From: Bugula neritina
Lineage: Eukaryota; Animalia; Bryozoa
Direction of reading: 5' to 3'
DNA: 64,000 nucleotides
Assembly: GCA_964035545.1 (NCBI GenBank)
Contig: OZ037773.1
Coordinates: 2,261,751-2,325,750, forward strand
The position numbers were made by a program, and so were the translations under genes. The notes beneath the pieces were generated by a model. The model was not told the origin of the DNA. It ran no database searches and saw nothing but the letters and a program-made list of their open reading frames with translations. Shown here piece by piece: positions 26,396 through 38,345 of the stretch (position 1 is its first letter; the number at the start of each line of letters is the position of its first letter).

Positions 26396-29300
26396 ATGAC
26401 GGCACCCTATATCTCTGTGATAAAGCTTGCCATCTTCATCAGCGCATCATCTTTGGTTTGCTGTCTACCTCAGAGTGGTAAACATTATTTAACCCCCCAG
26501 GATGATCCCCCAGATCTACGGTATCCTCAGCATGTTCACTTATCTCTTGGAGGCAAGATTCCTTATCCTATATTCATAGACTAGTCGGCACTTATTTCTA
26601 ATTTTATTAGTTTCATTAAAATTTCCCGCGATTTGAAGTTTTTTTACAGCGCATTATTGACAACAAATGATTATTCTTTTAATTTTTGTGTTGGAAAAGT
26701 TATTGGAGGAAATACAGCCTTGTAACTCAATAGTTACCTTTTAGGTGTGGAATTTGGTTCCATGATACTCATAAGTTAGCAGTTGAAAGCAAGGCTATTT
26801 TGTTAGATGTGCTTTGCTATTCAAACATTATGCTTGCACCTTAGTTTTGTCTACATGTATCAACTACATATATAATGACTATAATTGCTTTTACTTTAAA
26901 CTATACTTGCATAAACTGTAAGGCTAGTTTAATTGTAATTCCTGGATATGTTGTACAAACACAGTTGTTGAGACTGAGATGGTGGTAACCTGGACAACGT
27001 TTCAGGAAACACCTGGTGCTGCAGAATACAGTTTACCAATGTCACCACAGAAGATTACTGTTCCATCTACCGTTACTATATTCATTGATGGCGGAGACGA
27101 ACACAGGAAATACTATATCCACCGAGCTCATATGACCGATTTGAAGCCCTCCCAAGTTTACAGTAAGCGCTCCATGTTCTTTCTTCTAAGTTATCCTATT
27201 CTAGCGAGTAATGCGTCAAAACAAAATACTTCATTTCCTTTTATAATTTTGAGATGAAAACTCAGATAATGATTATGTTTTTATTTATACATAATGTAAG
27301 TAAGGTGTTTTGGTAAAGTTTGCAAGCCTGTGGCTCTATTTTCTTATCAACATAGTTTATGGATTGTATAAGAAAAAGTTATAGAAACACTTTCATATTT
27401 TTCTTTTGATTTACATTCATATTCTGTTTTCTTCTTGATGAAGTGTAAAACTCTACTTGATATTTTATAATAATATTTACTGAGCTTGAATTTATCAGGT
27501 TACAGAGTTGGGGATGAAAATGGCGGCTGGTCTCCATTGTTCTCTTTCCGTGCCACGCCATTTGGTCCCAACTGGTCACCGGTTGTGGCCGTCTACGGTG
27601 ACTTGGGCAACAGAAATGGCCGATCTATTGGTAGACTTCAAACAGAGGCTCAATACGGGACAATCAATGCTGTATTTCATATTGGTATGTGCTTGCTTTA
27701 TATAATTTTAGTCAGATAGATTCCCATATTATGGTTATGGTGTATTAGTAATAGTTTTAAATCATGCAAATAGTAGCATATCAAATTTTAAAATATACAT
27801 AAAGCTATGAAATTGTGTAGTTTTTGTATCCTGCATAGTAAACGGACTTTCTTATTTTTGCTTTCAGGTGACTTTGCTTATGACATGCACGAAGTAAGTA
27901 TAACTAAAGTTTGCCATAGATTTGATAGATATATTCCACCCCCCCCACTCTTTGTGTTGATACACACTTTCTTTGGCTCCTTTTATAGGACAATGGTAGA
28001 GTTGGAGATGATTTTATGGCTCAGATAGAGAGTATTGCTGGCTATGTGCCATATATGACAGCGGTGGGCAATCATGAAAACCCTTACAACTTTAGTAATT
28101 ATAGAAACAGGTTCTCCATGCCTGGTGGGGACGGTGAGGGACTGTTCTATAGGTAAGTGTTATGGATATTTCGCTATCTGTGTGTCTATAGATAGAATAT
28201 GACTAGAAGCAGCACCGAGTTGGGATGACTGAGTGCAGTATTAGTATACACATCGGTGTCTCAACTCCAAACTGGGGTCCTTTGAACCACCGCACTCAGT
28301 GACCACCAACTTAGTGCTGCTTTAAGCAGTTTTTGTTTAGCTCTAGATTGTAACATGTGTGTGTTTTTGTACTAATGTATCGAAAACTCTTGTTAATTGT
28401 AAACAGGGAGGGAGTTTTAGTTTTTACAGAAGTCTGCATGTTTACTTCAGGCTCATCTAGTTAGACTACCAGATGCTAACCTGTGGCACAACTGTATAAC
28501 CTTTCTTACTTATGAGTCACTGTGTTATTATGCTCATGTGATTTACTATTTTACAATCTGTGTGAACAAAGGTCAAGTTGTAACACATTCCATGTGAGTA
28601 TCAGTATAGCTACTTGTAATATCTCTTATCTAATGTATGCTGCTTAGGCAGTGTCCAAATAAATAGTGTTTACACGCTGTGTGTGACTTTTGCAGCTTTG
28701 ATTATGGTCCAGCACACATTGTAATGTTCAGCTCTGAGTTCTACTTCTTTCTTAATCAGGGGATAGAGCTCATTGCAAAACAGAAGTTATGGTTAATGAA
28801 AGATTTTGAAGTAAGTATAGTGTTTTAACTCACTTTGAATAAGTGATTTCATGAAAGAAAATTCTAGAAACCTTATGCTATATTATTCATAAACACGCAC
28901 AACAAAAATTCTTCTTCGAAACAGCAGCTGCAGTTTGAAATAATTTCAAGTTTTTATGATTTTATATTAAAAATATCCCATTTTTCTTGCTGCCTGAAAA
29001 AGTGTTTGCTGTTTTTACTAGCTGCTGTATATTCATAATGACCACATAACTTCTCCTCAATGCACTGTCAGGGAATGCAGAAATTAACTGCGTTCCTGAT
29101 GTTGCTGACGATTGAACTGCACGCCATTGCAAGCTAAACTCTAAAGGCAGCTTGATATATGGATATAGTAGAGAGTTTTTGCCATTGAATGTTTTTGCTT
29201 GTCAGATAAACATTTTTGTTGGCTGTATTATAATTTATGCCGTTTCCTTTTCAGCCAAAACACTATTTCAACATGATAATAGTTATATAATTATTATCTG

Positions 29301-32300
29301 TATACCAATTATACCTATGTACGTGTATTCACACAACCATGGCTACTGATGGAACAAATAATATTACTATTTCACTCAACATTTACTTAACTTTAGCACT
29401 TTGATTAGAATTTTTGAGTAGAAGGGCATATATTTAAAGTTAGGAATAAATAATATTGGTGTTTATTTCTGAAATGGATAATACGATTCAGTTAGCCCAG
29501 TAATGATATGCTCACATTATTGATTGACCTTTGACCTTTTTGTCAGTACTCTGCACAGGATTATATTATTGGTGTGTTTTATTGCATCCTGATTCAATTT
29601 CTCATTGGCTCACTGCTGTGTTTAGGCAGCCAATAAGAACAGAGCTGAGCGTCCATGGCTAATAGTACAATCTCACAGGCCAATGTACTGCTCCAACAAT
29701 GATGATGACGATTGCTCCCATTTCGAAGGAATTGTAAGTTTCGTTTACTATTGGTTGGTTGTTGGTGCTGTGCTAATTCACAAGTAGATGTCACATGATT
29801 AGTTGGTAGTAACTGTATGCATGTAACCGGTAACTCCTATATATAATCAGTTATATATTTTTGTCCTTTTCAATAACATTTTTTAAATGTATAATTTACA
29901 GCTGATAATAACTTTTACTATCAATTTTACATGAAAAAAACTTTTTTAGAAATTAAAATTTTAATCTATGCATTTGCAATTGATTTTGAAATTAGTGCAT
30001 CCATAAAATTCATAGTCATTTATTTGGGTTTTGTGTTATGGTTTGGAGAGAATAATGTGTCTTTAGTGGGTGGTGCTAGCAGAGTGGTTTGAGTTCCCTG
30101 CTTTACCATACCAACTCCCTACACTAATTGAGTTTTGCAAATACTTACTTACTATGTTCATACTTACATCCTTACCAACATACTCTTGTATACATACATA
30201 CATACATACATACATACATACATACATACATACATACATACATACATACATACATACATACATACATACATACATACATGCATACATACATGTATGCATG
30301 CATGCATGCATACATGCATACATGCATACATGTATGCATGTATGCATGTATGTATGTATGTATGTGTGTATGTATGTATGTATGTATGTATGTATGTATG
30401 TATGTATGCATACATACATACATACATATCTATATACATACATACATATCTATATAAATACACACATGCACACACATACGCACAGACACATACATACATA
30501 CATACATACATACACACATCCACGTATACATACATACATACACACATACACACATGCACGTATACATACATACACACGACCATACTCAATTCTCACTTAG
30601 ATCTACCTGGTAAAACATCGTATATCTACTGTATCCACAAGTGATTTAGTAACTCTGTGTGTTGCAGCTGAGATATGCCTTAGAAGACACGCTGTATGAG
30701 GCCGGAGTGGACATGTATATTTCTGCCCATGAGCACTCCTATGAGCGGGCCTGGCCTATCTATGACAGAAAGGTATTCCATGTCTGCTGTGTTTATATGT
30801 TAGGAAAGGGGATTTTCTCCTCATGTAGATATGTACGTAGTCTATGATGTAGCATATACTCTCAGTCTATGATGTAGCATGTGCTCTCAGTCTATGATGT
30901 AGCATGCACTCTCAGTCTATGACGTAGCATATACTCTCAGTCTATGATGTAGCATGTGCTCTCAGTCTATGATGTAACATATACTCTCAGTCTATGATGT
31001 AGCATGTGCTCTCAGTCTATGATGTAGCATATACTCTCAGTCTTTTATGTAGCATATACTCTCAGTACTACAATCAGTATGTTTCAAGCTTCTAAATTTG
31101 AGTTTGAAAGTTCTTTGTCTCTCGGCTGCCGATTGCTGTCTAACAGACATAATAGACACAATATCGGATATATGAGGTGCATCCAGAATTGCAATTTTTA
31201 ATATTATGTCAATTTGTCCCCTCTCTAAAAGGCAACATGTTTTATATGGTGTAAAATCTTCATTTTAGCTATTTAATAATTTTATAGAAATAGAATTTAT
31301 AAATTTGTACTCACATTGTAGATATGTAATGGGAGTTATGACCACCCGTACACGGACCCCAGTGCACCTGTTCATATTATAACTGGATCAGCTGTAAGTC
31401 AACCACTTGCTAGCACTTGACCTCTCTGTGTATCACTTTCCGGTATATTTATGACTTTCCATATCTACAATGTAGTGTATTGTTTGTTGCAAAGGGCATG
31501 CAAAGCGGCCATGATGCATTTGAACCAGAAGTGCCATTTTGGAGTGCGTACCGCACACAGAACTATGGGTACAGTCGTCTACATATAACCAACGCTACAC
31601 ATATGCTTGTGGAATGGGTAGGTGTTGCGATTGTACACGTTCAGGGAAGAGTAACTCCTAGCCAATTCTCTCTTTCAATGCAAAGTTGTAAACAATAAGT
31701 GAAGTATAATTACTTCTCTAATAATTAGTTATAGATTGGCCCATTCTAGTGGAAAGCTCCATTTTGGTTTTTTTGAACAGTGATTCTGTTTTTTATGAGT
31801 TTAGTTTTATGAGAGACTAAAACTAAAATAATCTTTCTTTTTTCCCCTCTAGTTAGAGTATTATAATGTTAAATCATTCAACTGTAGCTCATTTAGAATG
31901 AATTCTGTATGTATTATTGCAGTATATATTCACAAAAGAAAGATTTTAGTTTGACTCTCTTTTATGCTCAAAGGTGCATCTTTCATATGCCATCAGTTTG
32001 TGTCCATACTCATTTTTCATTGAACCATTTTGCATTTAACAACGTATTACATTGCAGGATTATATAATAAATTTTTTTCTTTATTAAATTACAAAATAAC
32101 TGGTCACCTTGTATCGCTGCTATGATGCTCATTTTAGTCAAGCCCCCTACCTCTTCCCCTAACAACTAAGTTAGGTATCTTGAAAATTTTTCATTTCATT
32201 TTTAGCTCTTTAGACAATTTTGGTTATTAAAGTCACTGCGACCTAATTTTTTAGTATATATTTAACGAAACTGTTTGAACCAAAAACAGTAAATATAATG

Positions 32301-32757
32301 ATAGAAACCACAAAAGCCATTAAAGCACTCCCAAGAGTTATCTTTCCTCTGTTTTCACGATGATTTGAACTTAACATCTTGTACATGTATGTATGTTGCT
32401 AATTATAAACTTTACTAGAACCTTCTCAACAATTTCTCACCATTTCTGTACGCTGATACTATTTAGATGAGAAGCAGGTATTGGCTGTTATAGCTGTCAG
32501 GACTATATATATAACAAGTCACAGACATGCAGAATATTATTTCCAGTTACAATATAAACAGTTTAGACATAAACTTGTATGACTGGGTGATGACAACAAC
32601 TCTCTTCAACATGAGCAGATCATTCTAGTGTAAGCTGTCCTCCTTTCAGGTTGACGATGAGCAGGATGGTAAAGTAACAGACTCAATCTGGGTTATAAAG
32701 AATAAACACGGAGCTGGCACTTATGGTTGTCACCTCAAAGAGGAGAAACGCTGGTAA
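26396..32757 (+). CDS. ACP7: Purple acid phosphatase-like, acid phosphatase type 7; exons 26396-26552, 26965-27162, 27499-27684, 27868-27893, 27989-28152, 28696-28810, 29626-29733, 30668-30772, 31322-31393, 31495-31617, 32650-32757
   Basis: Hydrophobic N-terminus and PQHVHLS..EMVVTW. All metal motifs are present: GDLG, GDFAY, GNHE, SHRPMY, AHEHSYER. Also PVHIITGSAG and YGYSRL. Phases are consistent if intron 1 is GC-AG. Confidence 0.93.
28204..28324. mobile_element. Short MITE, copy 2
   Basis: TAGAAGCAGCACCGAGTTGG ... CCAACTTAGTGCTGCTTTA, with an internal inverted match ACTGAGTGC/GCACTCAGT. Confidence 0.7.
30190..30575. repeat. Compound (TACA)n-(TGCA)n-(TGTA)n-(TACA)n microsatellite
   Basis: Direct observation. 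Accounts for all ORFs at 30063-30644. Confidence 0.95.
30838..31066. repeat. 25-bp minisatellite AGTCTATGATGTAGCATATACTCTC, about 9 copies
   Basis: Tandem array. A related degenerate array lies at about 38620-38720. Confidence 0.92.
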
Positions 32758-33829
32758 TCTTCCCCAACTACTGCTGTTTCATATTGAGCTAAGATGGTGC
32801 TTATAATTCATTGAAGAAACTTTTAACTTAATTTTGTCATTATGAAACTGGACTCAATCATCTAGTCTATTAGTAATAGTCAAAAGTCAAACTGCAATAA
32901 ATTAGTGTCAGTACAGTTATATTTCTCAAGTGTCAACTATAATATAGTGCCCGTATATAGTATGTGTGTAGAATATAATATATAATAATATATATTATAA
33001 TATAGTTGCATACTTTATATTACTATTTTATTTCACTAATGAACATCTAGTATTTTGTTTTTTTGTGCTTATCAAAACTTGAAAGTTTACAAGTCTTCAT
33101 AAGCCATAACCCAGACGTACTCGTGCTGCTTCCCAATTATATATTTTTACTGATGTGCGCTACATAAAATGAATTATCTGTTGATATTTTATGCAAGAGG
33201 TGGCTTCTATAATTTATATACATATATCTCATTTGTGTTTGTAATATGTATGATTTTGATATGAATTTATGAATAATAAGTATGTTGTTTATATCATGTA
33301 CAACTTGAGCTGTACTATAGTATATTATAATCTATATTACTATATTATGTCTTGCTATTTTATACAGTGTTGTGTAATATTACTGAGCTATGCTATACTA
33401 TAATATATTACTTAATTATAACACATAATGTTACTGTGTCATAATATGATAGTCACTCTGCTATATATACTGTATTATATGATATTACTGCACCTATCAG
33501 AGCATACTATATTGGTGCTACATACTATACTATCAGTACTGTTAGTATAGTAGTTAGTAGCTTGTCATAATATAGATCTAATTTCCTGCTGGATAGTCAG
33601 TAGCACTTGCTCTGTAATTAATATGCACTTGAAATCTGCCAGCATTTCGATACCCAGTCTGTTTTGTTGCTTGACCTTGACACTTGTAACAAAATCAATA
33701 TTGAAAATTTCTGTAAGATGTAAAATTTTAATTAAATGAGTTAGGTACATAAATTTAAAGTATTTCATCAGTAAAAGCAGTCAGCTTGTTTGTGTTCTGG
33801 AGTGAGACTGTATGTGAGAAACTAGTCTG

Positions 33830-34765
33830 ATGGAGAATAGCAGCGTTCTGTGCGGTGACATCACTGACTTTTGTGTAGACTCTACTAGATCCGCAGTGTT
33901 TTTATCTTTTAACAGTTTTAGTGTTATATTCAACATCATCAATTTGGTTTTCCTGAAGAAGTTAGACAAATCCAAAAGAAACGCATCATTTTGGATAATA
34001 GTGAACATCGGTATCTGTGACGTCGTGACTTGCTCCTCCTTTTTTCTGGCAGTCAGCTGTGAATTGAACAGACAAATCATAACTTTACCAGCGGTTGGTG
34101 CCCGAACCTTTCAAGTTATAGTGATTACATTTGGCTTCGTCTCAATTGTTGCTAGAAATTTTGTATTGGCGACTGGCAGCTATGAGCGACACGTCTCCAT
34201 CTGTCAGCCTTATCAAGTGAACTCTAACAAAGTAGTTAGCAATATGAAACTCTTCTTGGCCATTGTTTGGATATTTACCTTTGCTCTTATGACTATCACT
34301 ATTACCACTGATACCACTGAGTATTGCTTTGGTGAGTTTGGAGCTATCCCAAATGACTCCAATCCACAGACTAGTGTTGCGTTTGTTGGATCCATTACAA
34401 CAGCTTTTGTAATCTCTGTCATCTGCTTATCTAAGGCTTGGAGAGAGTTGAAGAGAATGCAGTCCAGAAGTACAGTTCCAGGACAAGATGATCTGATAGT
34501 GAAGAGATCTGCCCAGTATATTATAATAATCTTCATCACTCTTTACTTGTCCTACATTCCAACAGCCATATCCTTAGTTTGTAATAACCTTAATGATATT
34601 TTAAAAGGCTTAGGATATTTGGCCAGATGGATTTCTTTCTATTACATTACAATTTTTAGCATTCTTAATGTTGTAATATATTTCATCATGACCCCAGGCT
34701 ACCGTATTCATGTGATGAATTTACTCATGTTGAAGACTCCAACAGTCCGTCAAATTGAATCTTAG
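33830..34765 (+). CDS. Intronless rhodopsin-class (family A) 7TM GPCR, orphan/chemoreceptor-like, 311 aa
   Basis: Seven hydrophobic segments, with TM1 N, TM2 NIGICD, YERHVSICQP (DRY equivalent), TM4 W, TM6 SYIP and TM7 LNVVIY. Confidence 0.88.
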   Translation: MENSSVLCGDITDFCVDSTRSAVFLSFNSFSVIFNIINLVFLKKLDKSKRNASFWIIVNIGICDVVTCSSFFLAVSCELNRQIITLPAVGARTFQVIVITFGFVSIVARNFVLATGSYERHVSICQPYQVNSNKVVSNMKLFLAIVWIFTFALMTITITTDTTEYCFGEFGAIPNDSNPQTSVAFVGSITTAFVISVICLSKAWRELKRMQSRSTVPGQDDLIVKRSAQYIIIIFITLYLSYIPTAISLVCNNLNDILKGLGYLARWISFYYITIFSILNVVIYFIMTPGYRIHVMNLLMLKTPTVRQIES

Positions 34766-36664
34766 ATCATTACTATATAACAAGTTGTTGTAGTAGTTTT
34801 GTTAAACAATGTTCATGCTTGCTACAAATTGTAACCATTATTGTTTGATGTTGCTATGACAACATGATAAATAATATATTTTGTTATGATATTTAAAAAA
34901 CCTGCCATGAAAAAGATATGTTGTGTAGAGTAATGCTTTGAATAAATGTTAAATGTATTCTGTATTCCTATTAAATTGTGAACAAAATTTGCAAAGGAAA
35001 GAAGTGTAGGAGTTAGCGGAACAGGAAGTTAGTGGTCTGAGTCCTCACACCTGTTATGTTCGAAAGAGTATCCACTCATAATTTCTCCTGCATGTGCAGC
35101 ATGTAAAAAATTTCTTAGCAGGCTTTAAATTAAAACCTTTTCATTAGATGTTTTCACGATGAACACTATAAACTTATATAATTATGAGATTTTCCAGGCT
35201 TCATATATACACTTGCATATATGTATAAATATAATATGGAAGCAATCAGTATAATATTATCAGCTCTGTGTAATGCATAGATAACTTTCCAACCAAAATG
35301 CACTGTTTTCAAAACAAAAAATGAATATGCAATTGATAACTCTATAGTCTATACCAATAATCCCTGTGCGTGTGTAGCCCCTATACGCCTCATAAAGAGG
35401 ATAACTTGTAAAAAGGTTGATAACGATCTTTAAACTACCAATCTATGCAACTAAGACGCTCTTTAAATATTCAACAGCTACCGCAAGGTTTAAGTTGCAG
35501 ACAAATTGGCAATCAACAATATTTTGGGGAAAATAAAACTACTTGAATAGCAAGTCTCACGAGTATTTTGTAAGATTCAAATAATTATTTATGTTTCATC
35601 TTTATATTATATATACTGGTACTTACTAGCTAATTAGCTAATTTTTTCACTTCATTTTTTATTCAATAAAAGCCAAGTTTATTTTGTATCAAACAGATTA
35701 TATAACGGCTTCCATGTGGGTTCAAGCCATTATGATCACTTTGTTCTCACCTAGACCATGTAGTTAAGTGAATGGTTAGTTTGAAACACCATGCCGATTA
35801 GTTGTTACTCACTAGCTTGGTACATCATACTTCACTATATATACTAATAGTAAGCAGCAGCTTTGGAACTCAAATTCTTTGAGTTGAATAGTAGATATGG
35901 TGAGATTCATAACTAAAGCTGCACAGAAAAGCTAACTGTATTAGGAGTTCTACAATTAATATAATATTTGTGCGCATACTACATAATTTAATTTTTGTTA
36001 GGAGAAGGCTGATGCTATAGCTTTCAACTGGTCCACTACTCCAGTCTAGCCAAGGTTCATCGTGGTAATCCTGAATAAATAAATTTGTTTAAGCTTTGAA
36101 TTTTCTAGAGTCTAGACAAGCATTATCTACAGATTATTGGTGTAAGTTATGAAGCCTATCATATCTACTATTCAACTCACTTTTATAATAACTCTATTTT
36201 TGCAATGGTGTGACTGCAGGTAAAATTTGAACATACTTGCAATGAGCTCCAAAGCTGCTGCATTATTTTATAACATATTTTAATGAACCATTTGGCAGAT
36301 TTCAATAATAGTGGTAAAATTTGAACAGTAGCTATGAGTTGCTAAGGTGCCACCCATTCGTGTTCATTATAGACAACAGCAACTGAACAAATTGCACCAG
36401 GAGTCTGCTTCAACATAACTATTTTGATTTGTGAAGTCTGGGATGGACAATTCCTGGAATGCAGGTTAAGCATGATAGAAAATTGTACTTTTTATTCAGT
36501 TGTTTATGTATACACTATACTTTACATAGTTTATATACATTTTAAATAGAACATGTTGATGAGTGAGTGCATTGCAAACTTTATAGAGCCCAATATATAT
36601 TTAGAAGGTTTATCAATAATTTATTATTCAAAGGTTTGAACAACTCTACAAGTAAACATTTAAA

Positions 36665-36687
36665 GTGGCCCTGAAAAGGCCCGTTGG
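36665..36687 (-). terminator. Replication-dependent histone mRNA 3' stem-loop (one stem mismatch)
   Basis: Minus strand CCAAC-GGGCCT-TTTC-AGGGCC-AC, preceded by the same 3' UTR that follows the H2B stop in the array copies (TAATCTC..CAGCTCCACTAACCCC). Confidence 0.85.
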
Positions 36688-36689
36688 GG

Positions 36690-38060
36690 TTAGTAGTGGA
36701 GCTTGGAGAGATTACTAAAAGGTTGTCATAGACTAGAATGCAAGATTTCTTTGTCCACATATCGACTGAGAAGTAGTTGCAGCAAAGTATTTTGTCTTTG
36801 CTTTACCTGTATAAAAAAATATTATACGTTAACAAATGGAACTGTTGTTAACATGGGTATTTTAATTAATTGTAGTAGCTACAGATTAGAAATAAGCTTA
36901 TTTTGCAATCAAGAAACAAAATTATCTTTCATAATTGTTGCCTACCTCATGAGTTGCTCGACTTTGTAACTGTGAAGCCAGTTGGGTTAATATTTTGTCA
37001 CTAAGGGTAAACCTTTCGCCACACTCCATAGCTGCAGTCTTCAATGCCCTTAGAAGTATCTTGTCCTCGGCTCTAAAAGTATACCATCCCCATATTGCAT
37101 GATTTATATTCTTCAACTTCAACAATGCATGTAAATGTAAAGTGCCACTGAAAGTACTGTGATAAAACTGTGGGTTTGAATGTAGCTAGTTGCTTTGCAT
37201 GCTATAGTTATGAAGAACAGGTCGAGAAATTGAGTATAAATTACGGTAGCTTTATTGTGTAGAATAATATAGTAGGTCTGCATCCAGCGAGCTCCAGTAG
37301 TAGACTGAACTACACTGGAACTCGCTGGCTTTTATATACAAGCAGAACAAAGACATTCCTTTGTTGCAGAAATGCCAACGTTTCAAATTTCAACAGAGTA
37401 AAATATCTTAGCTCTCTTCCAAAGCTCTTTTCTAGTGGCCTATAGGTTCATTTTAAGTTAGAAAGTAAGCTTCTGCACTAATATGCAATTTCAACGATTT
37501 TCAGCTTGACTATTAAAAGGGGTACTTTTTTCAGCAAAGGTATAAACAAAACTTCAGTACAGGGCGTCAACTTTATAACATTAAGTTTATACAATAGAGA
37601 AATTACCTTGTCCACGGTGCTATGACTGGTTGGCTTAGGAGAGGTAAAGGTGGTGTGAGCTCCTTGGGGTCTGTACGGAGAGTAATGACCTCTGTAAATA
37701 GCGTCAAAAAGTAAAGATTATGCACAGTTTACAAGTTGAAAAGAGAAATTTAGCAGCATATAGGCTGAAGAAGTGCAATCTGAAACTTGCATTTACAGGA
37801 GTACAGCCGGTCACACATTACACTTGATTGGCCAATTTTATAGAGTTGAGTATGAGCCAACATGATACACTCTACTTAAACAAACATTGGCTTGGGTATA
37901 TTACAATATGGAAAACAATATTCTACACTCAAAACTTACCATTACTGAGAGATGAATGACAGTCTTTAGTGTCATCATCACCTTCCTCATTCAGCAGACT
38001 CGGAGGGGGGTCCAAGTGATGGTAATAGGCAGGTCTCAGACCCTTGCGAGGCCCAGCACG
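36690..38060 (-). pseudogene. Intron-containing fragments of an unidentified host gene (weakly caspase p10-like) lying between the H2B 5' end and the H2B 3' UTR
   Basis: Exon-like blocks with splice sites: ending 37940, 37691-37607, about 37125-36946, and starting 36806. Homologous pieces recur in the array. Confidence 0.45.
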
Positions 38061-38129
38061 TCCAGACATTCGAGCTGCTGTAGCCTTTCCTGCTTTCTTG
38101 GCACCTTTGGAGCTAACTTTAAGAGGCAT
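38060..38129 (-). pseudogene. H2B: Histone H2B N-terminal fragment (first 23 codons or so)
   Basis: MPLKVSSKGAKKAGKATAARMSG matches invertebrate H2B tails. Similarity stops before the histone fold. Confidence 0.8.
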
Positions 38130-38224
38130 GCTGTTCAGTTAGTGATAATGTTGAATGCTTGTTCTCGATGTAGTGACTGCAACAGTAGTTTGATGCTAAA
38201 TGATGTCCAGATCTTAGGGCACTC

Positions 38225-38345
38225 TGTATTTATATGTATCAACAGTAGTTAGAAATTATCCAATCAGATAGCAGTTGTGTAAGCTGCCGCCTTAGTGTGC
38301 CCTAATGTTTACATTGAAAACAATTATTTGTCATAGACCAATGAA
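38225..38345 (-). promoter_or_regulatory. Histone-type promoter
   Basis: TATAAA at 38234-38229, about 100 bp above the H2B ATG. CCAAT boxes at 38260-38264 and 38338-38342. Confidence 0.6.

Noticed and set aside
30838-31066. CRISPR-like regular repeats
   Set aside because: Contiguous 25-bp units with no unique spacers, inside a eukaryotic intron.
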